Notes: a model not told the origin generated them from the letters alone. 64,000 nt of DNA from Thainema sp. (GCA_052168235.1 JBQLZK010000017.1:44515-108514); one strand, 5' to 3'; shown: positions 21,137 through 31,729, counted from the stretch's first letter. Numbers and translations: made by a program.

Positions 21137-21868
21137 TCATCTAAAGGTTAAGACCCGGTTACAGACTCGATTTCTTACTTCGTCGTCGTGAAAAATGCCA
21201 ACCATTGCGCAGCCTTGAGCTTTGCGTTGTTCAATGAGCTGCATCACAACTTCCCGATTTGCGGCATCTAAGGCAGAAGTGGGTTCATCCAAAAGCAAAA
21301 TTGGATAATTAACCGAAAAGGCACGGGCGATGTTAACCCGCTGCTTTTCGCCGCCTGAAAATGTTGTGGGTGATAAATGCCATAGCCGTTCTGGCAGATT
21401 TAACTGGGCAAATAAGCCGCGAATTTTGTCATAAGCAATATCCGGTTCAAACCCTAAATCCATCAGCGGCTCGGCAGCAACTTCTAATGCAGGGACACGC
21501 GGAATGACTCGCAGAAATTGACTGACGTAGCCAATCGTATGTTGCCGGACTTCCAGTAGCTGGTGCGGCTGGAGCTGAGGCAAATCAACCCATTCACCTT
21601 GGTGTTTAACCCAAATGGAGCCACTATCGACGCGGTAATTGGCATACAGCGATCGCATAAAGGTCGATTTACCCGATCCAGATGGCCCTTGCAGTGCGAC
21701 ACATTCTCCCGCCTGAATAGTCAAGGAAACGCCTTCTAGAACAGGGATACGGACACCACCTTGATTATGCAAAACAAAACTCTTACAAACATGCTCTGCG
21801 TTGAGTATGGCCTGAGTTGATGGCTGAGTTGGGGTGTGCGAATTATTCGATAAGGTTGAATGGGTCAT
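21137..21868 (-). CDS. phnL: C-P lyase system ATPase PhnL
   Basis: KSFVLHNQGG, GPSGSGKS, GYVSQFLRVIPRV, TFSGGEKQRVNIAR. Confidence 0.95.
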   Translation of the reverse strand: MTHSTLSNNSHTPTQPSTQAILNAEHVCKSFVLHNQGGVRIPVLEGVSLTIQAGECVALQGPSGSGKSTFMRSLYANYRVDSGSIWVKHQGEWVDLPQLQPHQLLEVRQHTIGYVSQFLRVIPRVPALEVAAEPLMDLGFEPDIAYDKIRGLFAQLNLPERLWHLSPTTFSGGEKQRVNIARAFSVNYPILLLDEPTSALDAANREVVMQLIEQRKAQGCAMVGIFHDDEVRNRVCNRVLTFR

Positions 21869-21979
21869 GGTTCATTGTTTATGTCGTTGTTTATGACGTT
21901 GTTTATGATGTTGATGGGTCAAGATAGGTGCGATCGCACTTTCGCTTTTACTTTCACTGCACTCTCGTTCACTTTTCAC

Positions 21980-22765
21980 TTATGGCACCAGCGTGGCGCT
22001 GACTAGCTGCTGCGTGTAGGGATGATGAGGGTCATCTAGCACCTGATCGGTTAAACCCGCTTCAACAACCTGGCCGTTTTGCATCACCATCAGCCGATGG
22101 GCTAAAAGCCTCACTACGCCGATATCGTGGGTGACGAGGATAACGCTGAGATGGAGAGTCCGCACTAGCGATCGCATTAAGTCCAGCAGCCTAGCCTGCA
22201 CCGATACGTCTAGTCCTCCTGTTGGTTCGTCCATCAGCACTAAACTGGGTCGAGTCACCAAGATGCGAGCAAGCTGTAATCGCTGCTGCATCCCACCGGA
22301 AAAAGTGCTAGGCAGGTCATCCATGCGAGCATCGGGAATTTCGACCTGGCTCAGCCACTGCATTGCCTCAGCGCGAATGTTGCCGTAGTGGCGCTCTCCG
22401 ACATCGAGCAACCGCTCACCAATGTTGGCTCCAGCGGTGACGGTCATTCGCAAGCCATCACGAGGATTTTGCTGCACAAAGCCCCACTCGGTTTTCATTA
22501 ACTTGCGGCGACGCGCTTCTGGCAAAGTCCGCAGATTGATCAGATGTCCGCTGCGATCGCAATAGGTGATTTCGCCTGCATCAATCGGAATTTGACCTGC
22601 GATCGCATTTAATAACGTACTTTTGCCGGAACCAGATTCGCCGATAATGCCCAGTACTTGGCCAGGATACAGATCGAAGGAAATGCGATCGCAAGCTTGG
22701 ACAGCGTTATAGGTTTTACTGAGGTCGTTAATGGTCAATAGGGGCTGCATGATACTTTTTCTCAC
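21980..22765 (-). CDS. phnK: C-P lyase system ATPase PhnK
   Basis: GESGSGKS, TEWGFVQQNPRDGLRM, FSGGMQQRLQ, LDVSVQARLLD. Confidence 0.95.
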   Translation of the reverse strand: MRKSIMQPLLTINDLSKTYNAVQACDRISFDLYPGQVLGIIGESGSGKSTLLNAIAGQIPIDAGEITYCDRSGHLINLRTLPEARRRKLMKTEWGFVQQNPRDGLRMTVTAGANIGERLLDVGERHYGNIRAEAMQWLSQVEIPDARMDDLPSTFSGGMQQRLQLARILVTRPSLVLMDEPTGGLDVSVQARLLDLMRSLVRTLHLSVILVTHDIGVVRLLAHRLMVMQNGQVVEAGLTDQVLDDPHHPYTQQLVSATLVP

Positions 22766-23658
22766 TCTAATTTGCGGGAAACGAACTGATTTTCCTGCTG
22801 CTGCTGATTGCAGTAGTCGGTGTCAGAGCAGATCCACATGCGATTGCCCTGATCATCTGTTACAACTTCATCGAGATAGGTATCAGTCGCTCCACAAAAC
22901 TCGCAGGGCTGATCCCAGGCTTCAATACTGAAGGGATGGTCTTCAAAGTCGAGGCTCTTGACCTTGGTGTAGGGAGGCAGGGCGTAAATCCGTTTTTCGC
23001 GACCTGCACCAAATAGCTGTAGCGCAGGGCTCATGTGCAGCTTGGGATTGTCGAACCGGGGAATGGGGCTAGGCTTCATCAAGTAGCGATCGTTGACCAT
23101 GACCGGATAGTCATAGGCCATCGCAATGTGACCAAAGCGGGTAATGTCCTCATACAGCCGCACATACATAGATCCATATTCTTCCAAGGCGTGCATTTTA
23201 TTGGCTTCGGTGCGCGAGGGTTCAATAAAATACAGTGGCTCTGGCATGGGGACTTGATAGACCATGATTTGTCCCTCCTGGAGCGGCGTTTCAGGAATGC
23301 GGTGGCGGGTTTGAATTAGCGTTGCTTCGTTGGTTCGCTCAGTTGTCTTTACGCCGCAAACTTTGCGGAAGAAACGGCGAATATTGACAGCGTTGGTCGT
23401 ATCGTCAGCGCCTTGATCAATCACCTTCAAGGTATCGGTTTGGCCGATTACCGAGGCTGTTACCTGGATGCCACCTGTGCCCCAGCCATAGGACATGGGC
23501 ATTTCGCGAGAGCTAAAGGGGATTTGATGACCGGGGATGGCAACAGCTTTGAGGATGGCGCGGCGGATAGAGCGTTTAGTTTGCTCATCGAGGTAGGCGA
23601 AGTTGAAGCCAGGTTCAGGGGGAGATGGGGAGATAGGGGGATGGGAGGATAGGGTCAT
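22762..23658 (-). CDS. phnJ: C-P lyase radical-SAM subunit PhnJ
   Basis: FNFAYLDEQTKR, SREMPMSYGWGTGG, CEFC and CSDTDYC; ATG 23658 avoids overlap with the upstream gene. Confidence 0.95.
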   Translation of the reverse strand: MTLSSHPPISPSPPEPGFNFAYLDEQTKRSIRRAILKAVAIPGHQIPFSSREMPMSYGWGTGGIQVTASVIGQTDTLKVIDQGADDTTNAVNIRRFFRKVCGVKTTERTNEATLIQTRHRIPETPLQEGQIMVYQVPMPEPLYFIEPSRTEANKMHALEEYGSMYVRLYEDITRFGHIAMAYDYPVMVNDRYLMKPSPIPRFDNPKLHMSPALQLFGAGREKRIYALPPYTKVKSLDFEDHPFSIEAWDQPCEFCGATDTYLDEVVTDDQGNRMWICSDTDYCNQQQQENQFVSRKLE

Positions 23659-23677
23659 AGGTTTATTGGGTGGTTGC

Positions 23678-24163
23678 TTAGTTGTGTTGGGGGAGGGTTT
23701 GGAGCTTGGTAAGGAGGTGATCGCAGGCGGTTTCGATTTGGTGGGCGCAGTGGCGATAGCTGTCGAGGTTGCTACCGTAGGGGTCTTCAATGTCGGGCTG
23801 GGCAGTGTTGCCAGCATATTCATTGAGGGTTGCGAGTTCGACTGAGAGTTGTGGAAGTTGCGATCGCAACAGTAATTTTTGAGCACGAGTCATGGTCAGA
23901 ATCAAATCAGCCCAGTCTAATAACTGCCAATCGAGCCGCTGAGATGCGTGCGTGCTGTCGATTCCACGCTCTTGCAGGATGGTTTCCATCGCAAATGACA
24001 TGGGTTGTCCTGGATAGGCCGAGGTTCCGGCGGATTTAACCTGAATATCGGGGCTTGATGTGGATGCTGGGGAGGTGACCAAACAAGAGACTTTGTGGCG
24101 CAGCAAGGCTTCTGCAAGCGGGCTGCGACAGATATTGCCGGAGCAGACAAAAAGAATGTTCAT
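23678..24163 (-). CDS. Low-molecular-weight protein-tyrosine/arginine phosphatase family protein
   Basis: ILFVCSGNICRSPLAE P-loop, SAGT, DIEDPY; start overlaps the phnI stop. Confidence 0.9.
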   Translation of the reverse strand: MNILFVCSGNICRSPLAEALLRHKVSCLVTSPASTSSPDIQVKSAGTSAYPGQPMSFAMETILQERGIDSTHASQRLDWQLLDWADLILTMTRAQKLLLRSQLPQLSVELATLNEYAGNTAQPDIEDPYGSNLDSYRHCAHQIETACDHLLTKLQTLPQHN

Positions 24164-25380
24164 GATGACACCTCGGATGGAGTTGGGGGAGATGATATTT
24201 CAAGCAAGCTGGATTCGCCGTTTTCCTGATTGGTTTGAGGCTGTTTGTACTGACGGCGTAATTTTCGGATTAGGTTAAGCTCGGCTTGGAAATCAATATA
24301 GTGTGGCAGTTTCAGGTGTTGAACAAAGCCTTGTGCTTCGATGTTGTCGGAATGGAACAGGACAAATTCTTCACTTTGGGCTGGCCCGTCGATGGATTCG
24401 CCTAAATCTTTGGCTTGCAGTGCCCGATCAACCAGCGCCATTGCCATCGCTTTGCGCTCGTTGTAGCCAAACGTTAGACCGTAGCCCTGGGTGAACTGGG
24501 GCGGAATCTGCTTGCTGCCTTTGAACTGGTTGACCATCTGCACTTCAGTGACCGTAATATCTGCGATCGCAACTTCAAATCCTAGTTCTTCGGGACAGAT
24601 CACGACTTCTACATCGCCAACGCGAATTTCGCCCGCAAAGGGATGATTTTTGCCGTAGCCGCGCTGGGTGGAGTAGGCCATTGAGAGCAGAAAGCCTTCA
24701 TCGGCGCGGGCAAGGTTTTGTAAGCGAGCGTCGCGGCTGGTGGGGGTGGTGAGGGATTGGCGGGTGAGGTCGAAGGGATTTTCAGGTGAGGAGTGAGGAG
24801 TGAGGAGTGAGGAGTGAGGGGGGGAGAGGGGGAGAGGACTTGTTTCGTTGCTACCTGCGGGAGTATTTGCTGCGTTGATTAAACCTTCTTGGGCTAAGGT
24901 GTTGAGGACGCGAGGGGTAGCTTCAGTTGGATCGGCTGGTTTTGTGGATGGAGATGTGAACTGGTTAGTTTCGGCGGCGAGTTTGAAGTCGAGTAGCCGA
25001 TGGATGTAATCGAAGGTGGCACCGAGCTTTTGACCGCCGGGGGTGTCTTTGAAGATGGCGGAGATGCGGCGCTGGAGGTGCATGTGGTTAGTTTCAATTG
25101 GCTCGCTGTAGTAGAGCCGGGGCAGGGTCGTCCGATAAGCGCGCAGGAGGAAAGCTGCCTCAACTAAGTCACCCCAAGATTGTTTGATAGCTAAGGCAGC
25201 CAAATCTGGATCATACAAGCTGCCCTCGGCCATCACCCGATTGACCGCGAGCTGCATCTGCTGCTGGATTTGCTCTAGGGACAGCTCTGGCACTGCCGGA
25301 TCACCGCGCCGTTTAGCTTTGAGTAAGGCTTCGGCGTTTTGGATGGCCTGTTCACCACCTTTAACTGCAACGTAGGGCAT
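24160..25380 (-). CDS. phnI: C-P lyase complex subunit PhnI
   Basis: YVAVKGGEQAI, FLLRAYRTTLPR, HPFAGEIR, GFVQHLKLPHYIDFQ. Confidence 0.96.
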   Translation of the reverse strand: MPYVAVKGGEQAIQNAEALLKAKRRGDPAVPELSLEQIQQQMQLAVNRVMAEGSLYDPDLAALAIKQSWGDLVEAAFLLRAYRTTLPRLYYSEPIETNHMHLQRRISAIFKDTPGGQKLGATFDYIHRLLDFKLAAETNQFTSPSTKPADPTEATPRVLNTLAQEGLINAANTPAGSNETSPLPLSPPHSSLLTPHSSPENPFDLTRQSLTTPTSRDARLQNLARADEGFLLSMAYSTQRGYGKNHPFAGEIRVGDVEVVICPEELGFEVAIADITVTEVQMVNQFKGSKQIPPQFTQGYGLTFGYNERKAMAMALVDRALQAKDLGESIDGPAQSEEFVLFHSDNIEAQGFVQHLKLPHYIDFQAELNLIRKLRRQYKQPQTNQENGESSLLEISSPPTPSEVSS

Positions 25381-25481
25381 GGGATTCTCTGGAACTCAAC
25401 GGGTAACTCGACGGATGGCTCGGTCTATGGCTCGGTCTATGGTTAATCGGTTTGTTGATCGGTCAACTTTATAGAGCAACT

Positions 25482-25925
25482 TCATAGATCAACGGAAAAA
25501 CTGTAGCCATGCTTCTGAAAGCCCAGGGACTCATAAAATGCATGGGCCTTCTCGCGCTTAAGATTGGTGGACAAGCTGAGCTTATAGCAACCTGCCGCCC
25601 GACAATGTGCGATCGCACATTGCATCATGTGCTTGCCGATTCCCTGACCTTGAAACTGTGGATCAACGGCAACGCCTTCCACAATGCCCGAGGGACTGCG
25701 CTGGTGAACCAAATTGTCCATAATGAGCAACGTAAATGTGCCGACGGCCTGATCGTCTAGCTGTGCAACCCATAGCTTATAGTTGGGATACTGCTGAATC
25801 CGCTGGAACCACTGTTCAGCATCAGCTAGCGCCAAGCTAGAGTCATGATCCAAACCGGATTGGTGATACAGCCGCAGCACTGTAGGCAAATCATCAACGG
25901 TGGCTAAGCGAATAACTAGATTCAC
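25482..25925 (-). CDS. GNAT acetyltransferase, PhnO-like by context
   Basis: VAVDPQFQGQGIG acetyl-CoA motif, AHAFYESLGF; coupled to phnH. Confidence 0.8.
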   Translation of the reverse strand: MNLVIRLATVDDLPTVLRLYHQSGLDHDSSLALADAEQWFQRIQQYPNYKLWVAQLDDQAVGTFTLLIMDNLVHQRSPSGIVEGVAVDPQFQGQGIGKHMMQCAIAHCRAAGCYKLSLSTNLKREKAHAFYESLGFQKHGYSFSVDL

Positions 25926-26518
25926 AGCTCATCCCCCTGATTGCTCATCAGACGGGCAGTACGCGGCAAGCCTAGCACCTGATTCTCAGCAAAGTACCAG
26001 CTATCTAGTCCCAGCGGATAGTCTGCGGTCATTTCCTGCCACTGCTGCCAAAAACTGGCTGACAAAGGCGTGTGAATCGTGATGGCATCCAAAATTCCTG
26101 GCCCTTGCAACGTGACTAAATTTCCAGTCTGTAAAGCTGGAAGCTGGATCAGCAGAGACGTAGATGCTTCTGGATATTCCGCTGTACCCCAGCTAAAATC
26201 TTCTAGGTTGGGCAGCGTGTCAATATCCCAAATCACAGCAAAATCGGCTGTTTGAGAGTGAGATGTAAAGCGGCAGCCCGTATGGAACAGCAGCCACGAT
26301 CGCGCAGTCTCGGGTAGTCCGGGCTGAAGCCACACCGTCGTTTCTAGATCCAGCAGGGTCAGGCAAGCCGCCGCGCAGCTTGGGACTAATCCCTCTGGCG
26401 GGGTCAGTGACGCTGTTGTTTGCACCATTCCAGGACGTGCCAAGGCATCTAGCAGCGCCCGAAAGGTTTGCTGGGCATCGTGGACGGGGTCTTTGAAGCT
26501 GGGGAGTTGAGTCAGCAT
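25922..26518 (-). CDS. phnH: C-P lyase subunit PhnH
   Basis: DPVHDAQQTFRALLDALARPG, LTLLDLET, FHTGC, LQGPGI, GLPRT. Confidence 0.95.
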   Translation of the reverse strand: MLTQLPSFKDPVHDAQQTFRALLDALARPGMVQTTASLTPPEGLVPSCAAACLTLLDLETTVWLQPGLPETARSWLLFHTGCRFTSHSQTADFAVIWDIDTLPNLEDFSWGTAEYPEASTSLLIQLPALQTGNLVTLQGPGILDAITIHTPLSASFWQQWQEMTADYPLGLDSWYFAENQVLGLPRTARLMSNQGDEL

Positions 26519-26524
26519 GGTTAA

Positions 26525-26995
26525 TTAGCTTTCTCCGCGTAGCAGCGTAAAGAAGTTGACGCGGGTTGATTCGACTTCTGCGGCTTCTGCGGCTCGTTGT
26601 TCTTGAGCCGCAACCTGCAATGGTTCAATCACCTGCATCTGTACTGTTGGTTGCCAGTCCGGATGCTGGAGTAGCGCATCACAGACCGCGGCCAGTTCGG
26701 CATGGCGCTGTGATCGCCCTGCGACGTAGCCGAAACCTGCAATTGGCTCGTCGTCAGGATTAGGAAATACCTGTACGACGCAGCGGGTGACGGTCATTTC
26801 GCCTAAGTTGAAGGGCTGACCTGTCCCTTCGGCGCGCCCGCGTACCATTGCTAGACCAATTTCGGGCGATCGCAAAAAGTCATGTTTCGGCAGAGTTCCC
26901 AACGTAACGACGCGATCCTCTAGGAGCGAAAGTGGCGCTTTGGCCAGGGTTGCCATCCAGTTTGAGCGTGATTGTGTCTGTGCTGAGTCCACCAT
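26525..26995 (-). CDS. phnG: C-P lyase subunit PhnG
   Basis: PEIGLAMVRGR, FNLGEMTVTRC, AELAAVCDALLQ, TRVNFFTLLRGE. Confidence 0.95.
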   Translation of the reverse strand: MVDSAQTQSRSNWMATLAKAPLSLLEDRVVTLGTLPKHDFLRSPEIGLAMVRGRAEGTGQPFNLGEMTVTRCVVQVFPNPDDEPIAGFGYVAGRSQRHAELAAVCDALLQHPDWQPTVQMQVIEPLQVAAQEQRAAEAAEVESTRVNFFTLLRGES

Positions 26996-26997
26996 TA

Positions 26998-27045
26998 CTT
27001 AACCCAGGATTAACTACAGCTTAAATATGTATAGACATCTAGACA
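26998..27045. promoter_or_regulatory. Pho-box-like triple repeat plus GntR/HutC-type (PhnF) operator between phnG and phnF
   Basis: CTTAACCC, ATTAACTA, CTTAAATA at 11-bp period (26998, 27009, 27020), then TGTATAGACATCTAGACA. Confidence 0.65.
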
Positions 27046-27090
27046 AATTATGGGGCATGATTAAATAGAACGCAATGCCTTAATTTGAAA

Positions 27091-27810
27091 ATGCACCAAG
27101 AAGCCCTGCCTCTGTATCTCCAAATTGCGGATGAACTGCGTCGCAATATTCAAGAATCTGTATTTCAAGTGGGCGATCGCCTGCCGACGGAAATTGAGCT
27201 AAGCGAGCGGTTCGGCGTCAATCGCCACACGCTGCGGCGAGCCGTGGAGGTGTTGCGCCAAGAGGGAATCATTGGCGTTGAGCGGGGTCGAGGCACATTC
27301 GTCATGGCCGACCCGATTGCAGTGCCGATTGGCAAGCGAGTGCGGTTTAATCAGGCGCTGAAAGCGCAGTCGCTGACGCCAACCTGGCAGGTGCTACGAA
27401 TTGTGGAAATTAATGCGGATGCCAAGCTGTCAAAACGGCTAGAGGTTGAGGTGGGCGCACCCGTCGTTTTATTTGAGCGGTTGAGTTCAATTGATGACAT
27501 CCCAATCAGCATTTCTAGCAGCCATTTCCCCAGTCAGCGATTTCCAGGATTGGCCAAGCATTGTGAAACCTATCGCTCCATCTCCAGCATGTTGGATAAC
27601 GAATATGGCTGCGACCATATTCGCCGCCGCACTCGGCTCTCGGCGCGGCTGGCCCAATCGAGCGATGCGCGGCTGCTCAAAATGCCAGCTAATGGCCCCA
27701 TTTTGCTGTCAGAGTCGATTAACGTCGATCAGGGCGGTGTGGTGATTGAATACGGCGTCACCCGCTTTCGGGGCGATCGCATGGAGCTAGTCATGGAAAA
27801 CGAGGCTTAG
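27091..27810 (+). CDS. phnF: GntR/UTRA phosphonate regulator PhnF
   Basis: LYLQIADEL, LPTEIELSERFGVNRHTLRRA, RGRGTFV, TRFRGDR; divergent from phnG. Confidence 0.92.
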   Translation: MHQEALPLYLQIADELRRNIQESVFQVGDRLPTEIELSERFGVNRHTLRRAVEVLRQEGIIGVERGRGTFVMADPIAVPIGKRVRFNQALKAQSLTPTWQVLRIVEINADAKLSKRLEVEVGAPVVLFERLSSIDDIPISISSSHFPSQRFPGLAKHCETYRSISSMLDNEYGCDHIRRRTRLSARLAQSSDARLLKMPANGPILLSESINVDQGGVVIEYGVTRFRGDRMELVMENEA

Positions 27811-28020
27811 AGGCATCTATTGTAATTTTTCAGGTGGAGAATCAACGATCGTTTATTAGGACGAGTTAAATCGTGGCTGCGAAATTTTGCTTCAGCAAAC
27901 GGGAATACTGAGACTGTTTGAAAGAGTAAACGTGCTTTAATGCCTGCATTCAAATCATCATGCAAGTATCACGATGGTTTAGTTATCTATAAACAACCTA
28001 AATCAACCCGATGACTCACT

Positions 28021-30420
28021 ATGGACTTATCTCCAATCTTTCAGCTTCAGAAGACATCGCACACTTGGCTTAAATTTATTGTCATCACTCTATGTATTAC
28101 AGCTATCCATTATGTATTAGCGTTGATTTCTCAATCTGTCGCTTTTGAGAATGGAGCATCAGCAATCTGGCCATCTTCTGGTTTTTACCTCGCTCTGGTT
28201 TGGCTACTAGGTTATAAAGTTGGCGGACCAATCTTAATCAGTGAGCTTATCATTAACAGTCTGGTCTTTTATCAAGATGTGCCGACAATTGTCGGCATTT
28301 CTCTTATTAGCACCGTCGAACCACTCATCACAGGTATACTTTTAAGCCGCTTTGTTAATCCCCGGCAGCTATTTCAGCGATCGCATAACATTCTCAAGTT
28401 TTTGATTTTGATTTTGCCAAGTCCAGCCGTCACCACCAGCTTCGCGGTGATTATTCTTTGTTTGACTGGCAAGCTGCCCTGGGAGTTGTACGGTGCGGTT
28501 TGGAAAACCTGGTCAATCAGCGTAATCACAGGTCGGTTAATCATCACCCCTGCGATTTTAGCCTGGTTCAGTCAGACACATTTGCGATCTCGAGGTCGCC
28601 GTAGCCGATTTGTCTTGGAATTGGGTCTTGTCATTGGGTTGTTGATCGGTATTGGTCGTCTCGCCTTCTGGGTAGGCAATCCGGTCGAGTATATGATGCT
28701 TCCACTGCTGCTATGGGCTAGCTTTCGCTTTAGAGTCACCGAATCTACTCTATTGGTCGTCTTGATATCGGCGCTAGCTACGATGGCTACTGCCCAAGGG
28801 TTAGGGACGTTCACTTGGGGCAGCGTGACTGAATCGTTTTGGCTGTTGCAGTCCTTTATTGGAGTTGCGGCCTTAACCACTTATCTGCTGATAACAGTCG
28901 TGAATGAGAACTGGCAGGCAAGGCTCGAACTCAAACAAACCAATGAAGATTTGGAAGCCAAGGTTGCGGAACGCACTACTGCACTGCAAATCGCGAAAGA
29001 ATCAGCTGATGCTGCTAACCAGGCTAAGAGCGAATTCCTCGCAAATATGAGCCATGAGTTACGTACACCGCTTAATGGCATTTTGGGCTATGCCCAGATT
29101 CTCAGTCGTTCGCCTTCTCTAATGGGGAAAGAACGCGACGGTATCAAGATCATCTATCAATGTGGTACTCATTTACTCACTTTAATTAATGATGTCCTTG
29201 ATCTTTCTAAAATTGAGGCGCGTAAGCTGGAACTGCATCCAACAGCTTTACACTTTCCTTCACTGCTACAGAGTGTAGTGGAAATGTGTCGTATTAAGGC
29301 CGAGCAAAAGGGTATTGAGTTTTTCTATCAGCCGAGTTCCCGTTTGCCAAACGGAATAAAAGTTGATGAAAAACGCCTACGCCAAGTGCTAATCAATTTG
29401 CTCGGTAACGCCATCAAATTTACGGATCAAGGCTCTGTCACATTGCGAGTCGATGTCCTTGAGCTATCAGAGACAGAAGCTGTCATACTGTTTCAGGTCA
29501 TTGACACTGGCGTCGGTATTGCTGAGGCAGATACCAAGAAGCTGTTTCAATCGTTTAAGCAGGCAGGCGATCGGAAGAAGCAATCGGAAGGAACTGGCTT
29601 AGGACTGGCTATCAGTCAGCGTATTGTGCAGTTAATGGGTGGTGAGATTCGGCTTAAGAGCCAGCTAGGAACAGGCAGTGAGTTCTTCTTTACAGTTTCC
29701 GTACTGCTGGTCGAAGATTGGGCTAGACAGCAGATTCCAGTAGAAGAAGGCGCTCTCATTGTTGGATATGAAGGCGATCACCAAAAGATTTTAGTGATTG
29801 ACGATCGCTGGGAGAACCGCACTGTTGTGCAAAATTTGCTGGAACCGCTGCAATTCGTCATCATTGAAGCCAAAAATGGTCAAGAAGGCTTGGAGCAGCT
29901 TCGTACTGAGCACCCTAACCTGGTGATTACCGATTTGGCTATGCCAGTGATGGATGGGTACCAGTTTTTGAAAAAGCTTCGCAGCGATGAACGGCTGAAA
30001 TCGACAAAGGTGATTGTTTCTTCTGCATCTGTATCCCACGCAGATCAACAAATGGCTCTTGATGCTGGCGGTGATGCTTTCTTACCCAAACCAGTTGATG
30101 CAGGCACTCTCTTCAAAACGCTAGCTGATCAATTAGGGTTGATTTGGGTCTACGAACAAACGCCCGAGATCACCGTTTCAGAGGAGACAGTTGTAACCTT
30201 AGCTATTCCTCCACGAAGCACATTGGAGACGCTGCTAGAGTTTGCCAACCACGGCGTCGTTTCAGAAATCCGCAAACATCTCGAAGAACTTACAGAAGCA
30301 GATAAAAAATACGTCCCCTTTGCAGCCCCGATCTTGACGCTAGCTCAGCAATTTCAAGTTGAAGAAATTGAAGAACTGCTCCAGACCTATCTCAACGATC
30401 AGGAAGTTAGTCATGTTTAA
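28021..30420 (+). CDS. Hybrid histidine kinase (MASE1-like TM domain, HisKA, HATPase, REC)
   Basis: Multi-TM N-terminus with [45 protein letters not shown]. Confidence 0.92.
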   Translation: MDLSPIFQLQKTSHTWLKFIVITLCITAIHYVLALISQSVAFENGASAIWPSSGFYLALVWLLGYKVGGPILISELIINSLVFYQDVPTIVGISLISTVEPLITGILLSRFVNPRQLFQRSHNILKFLILILPSPAVTTSFAVIILCLTGKLPWELYGAVWKTWSISVITGRLIITPAILAWFSQTHLRSRGRRSRFVLELGLVIGLLIGIGRLAFWVGNPVEYMMLPLLLWASFRFRVTESTLLVVLISALATMATAQGLGTFTWGSVTESFWLLQSFIGVAALTTYLLITVVNENWQARLELKQTNEDLEAKVAERTTALQIAKESADAANQAKSEFLANMSHELRTPLNGILGYAQILSRSPSLMGKERDGIKIIYQCGTHLLTLINDVLDLSKIEARKLELHPTALHFPSLLQSVVEMCRIKAEQKGIEFFYQPSSRLPNGIKVDEKRLRQVLINLLGNAIKFTDQGSVTLRVDVLELSETEAVILFQVIDTGVGIAEADTKKLFQSFKQAGDRKKQSEGTGLGLAISQRIVQLMGGEIRLKSQLGTGSEFFFTVSVLLVEDWARQQIPVEEGALIVGYEGDHQKILVIDDRWENRTVVQNLLEPLQFVIIEAKNGQEGLEQLRTEHPNLVITDLAMPVMDGYQFLKKLRSDERLKSTKVIVSSASVSHADQQMALDAGGDAFLPKPVDAGTLFKTLADQLGLIWVYEQTPEITVSEETVVTLAIPPRSTLETLLEFANHGVVSEIRKHLEELTEADKKYVPFAAPILTLAQQFQVEEIEELLQTYLNDQEVSHV

Positions 30421-31729
30421 CAAGCATCCAGTTTCAGCTAAACATACGGTCTTAGTTGTTGATGACACACCAGCCAACCTAGAAGTTTTAAGCGAAGCGC
30501 TCGTGTCTCAGGGCTACATTGTATCTACAGCCATTGATGGGGAACGAGCAATCAAACGATTGCATAATCATCGTCCTGATCTAATTCTGCTAGATATTCA
30601 AATGCCTAAAATGGATGGATTTGAAACCTGCCAGCAAATCAAAGCTAATCCCGACTGGGCTTCCATTCCCATCATCTTTATCACTGCACTGAATGATGCG
30701 GAAAGCATCGTCAAAGGATTTTCTCTGGGAGCGGTTGACTATATCAATAAACCTTTTCGAGAACCAGAGCTGTTGGCACGTGTCAAAACTCATCTGCAAC
30801 TGCAGCAGATGACTCAGCATTTGGAGCAACAGGTTGTAGAACGGACTAAGGCGTTAGAGGCAACCATGAATCAGCTGAAGACATCTCAGCTGCAAACAGT
30901 AAAAAATGAAAAGATGGCAACTTTGGGCAGTCTAGTTGCTGGAATTGCTCATGAAATCAACAATCCAATTGGCTTTTTGAGCGGTAGTATCAACAATGCC
31001 AAAGACTATGTGCAAGATTTATTTGAATACCTAGAGATCTATCAGCAACAGCATCCGCCTAATGAGCAAGTCACTGAAGTAGCCAAAGAAGTTGACCTAG
31101 AATTTCTACTGGAAGACTTGCCCAAATTGATTAATTCCATGCAAGGAGCGACTGAGCGCATCCAGGGTATTAGTACTAGCCTTCGCACTTTCTCTCGTGC
31201 TGATACAGAACATAAAGTTAGCGCCAACCTACATGAAGGACTTGATAGCACACTATTAATCCTCAAATATCGTCTTAAAGCCAATGAGCAACGTCCAGCA
31301 ATTGAGGTGATCCGAAACTATGGTGATCTACCTGAAATTGAGTGCTTTCCCGGTCAGCTTAACCAGGTGTTTATGAACATTCTGGCTAATGCCATTGACA
31401 TGTTTGACGACATGGCCCAGCAAACCACTTTTGAGGATCTCAAAAGCAATCCTCAAAAGATTTCTATTTGGACTAGTTTTATGTCTAATGAAAATACGGT
31501 TGAAATTAAAATATCAGACAATGGTAGAGGCATGAGTGAAGCAGTAAGGCATAGAATTTTTGATTATTTATTTACAACAAAAGGAGTAGGTGAAGGGACT
31601 GGCTTGGGGTTAGCAATTGCCCGCCAAATTGTACTAGAAAAGCATTGCGGTGGCTTAGAGGTGCAATCTGAGTTGGGTCAAGGCACCAAGTTTTATATTC
31701 GCTTACCTGCATGTATTGAGTCGGATTAA
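30413..31729 (+). CDS. Receiver-histidine kinase hybrid (REC, HisKA, HATPase)
   Basis: VLVVDD, LLDIQMP, AGIAHEINNP, NILANAID, GTGLGL; overlaps the upstream stop. Confidence 0.92.
   Translation: MFNKHPVSAKHTVLVVDDTPANLEVLSEALVSQGYIVSTAIDGERAIKRLHNHRPDLILLDIQMPKMDGFETCQQIKANPDWASIPIIFITALNDAESIVKGFSLGAVDYINKPFREPELLARVKTHLQLQQMTQHLEQQVVERTKALEATMNQLKTSQLQTVKNEKMATLGSLVAGIAHEINNPIGFLSGSINNAKDYVQDLFEYLEIYQQQHPPNEQVTEVAKEVDLEFLLEDLPKLINSMQGATERIQGISTSLRTFSRADTEHKVSANLHEGLDSTLLILKYRLKANEQRPAIEVIRNYGDLPEIECFPGQLNQVFMNILANAIDMFDDMAQQTTFEDLKSNPQKISIWTSFMSNENTVEIKISDNGRGMSEAVRHRIFDYLFTTKGVGEGTGLGLAIARQIVLEKHCGGLEVQSELGQGTKFYIRLPACIESD

Noticed and set aside
21876..21912. Short tandem repeats (GTTGTTTATGAC type; also ~25416-25442, ~58167-58195, ~63457-63500)
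   Set aside because: Two to three copies only, consistent with slippage; no evidence of function
23659..23886. N-terminal extension of PhnJ in the ORF track
   Set aside because: Overlaps the LMW phosphatase gene; PhnJ similarity begins after ATG 23658
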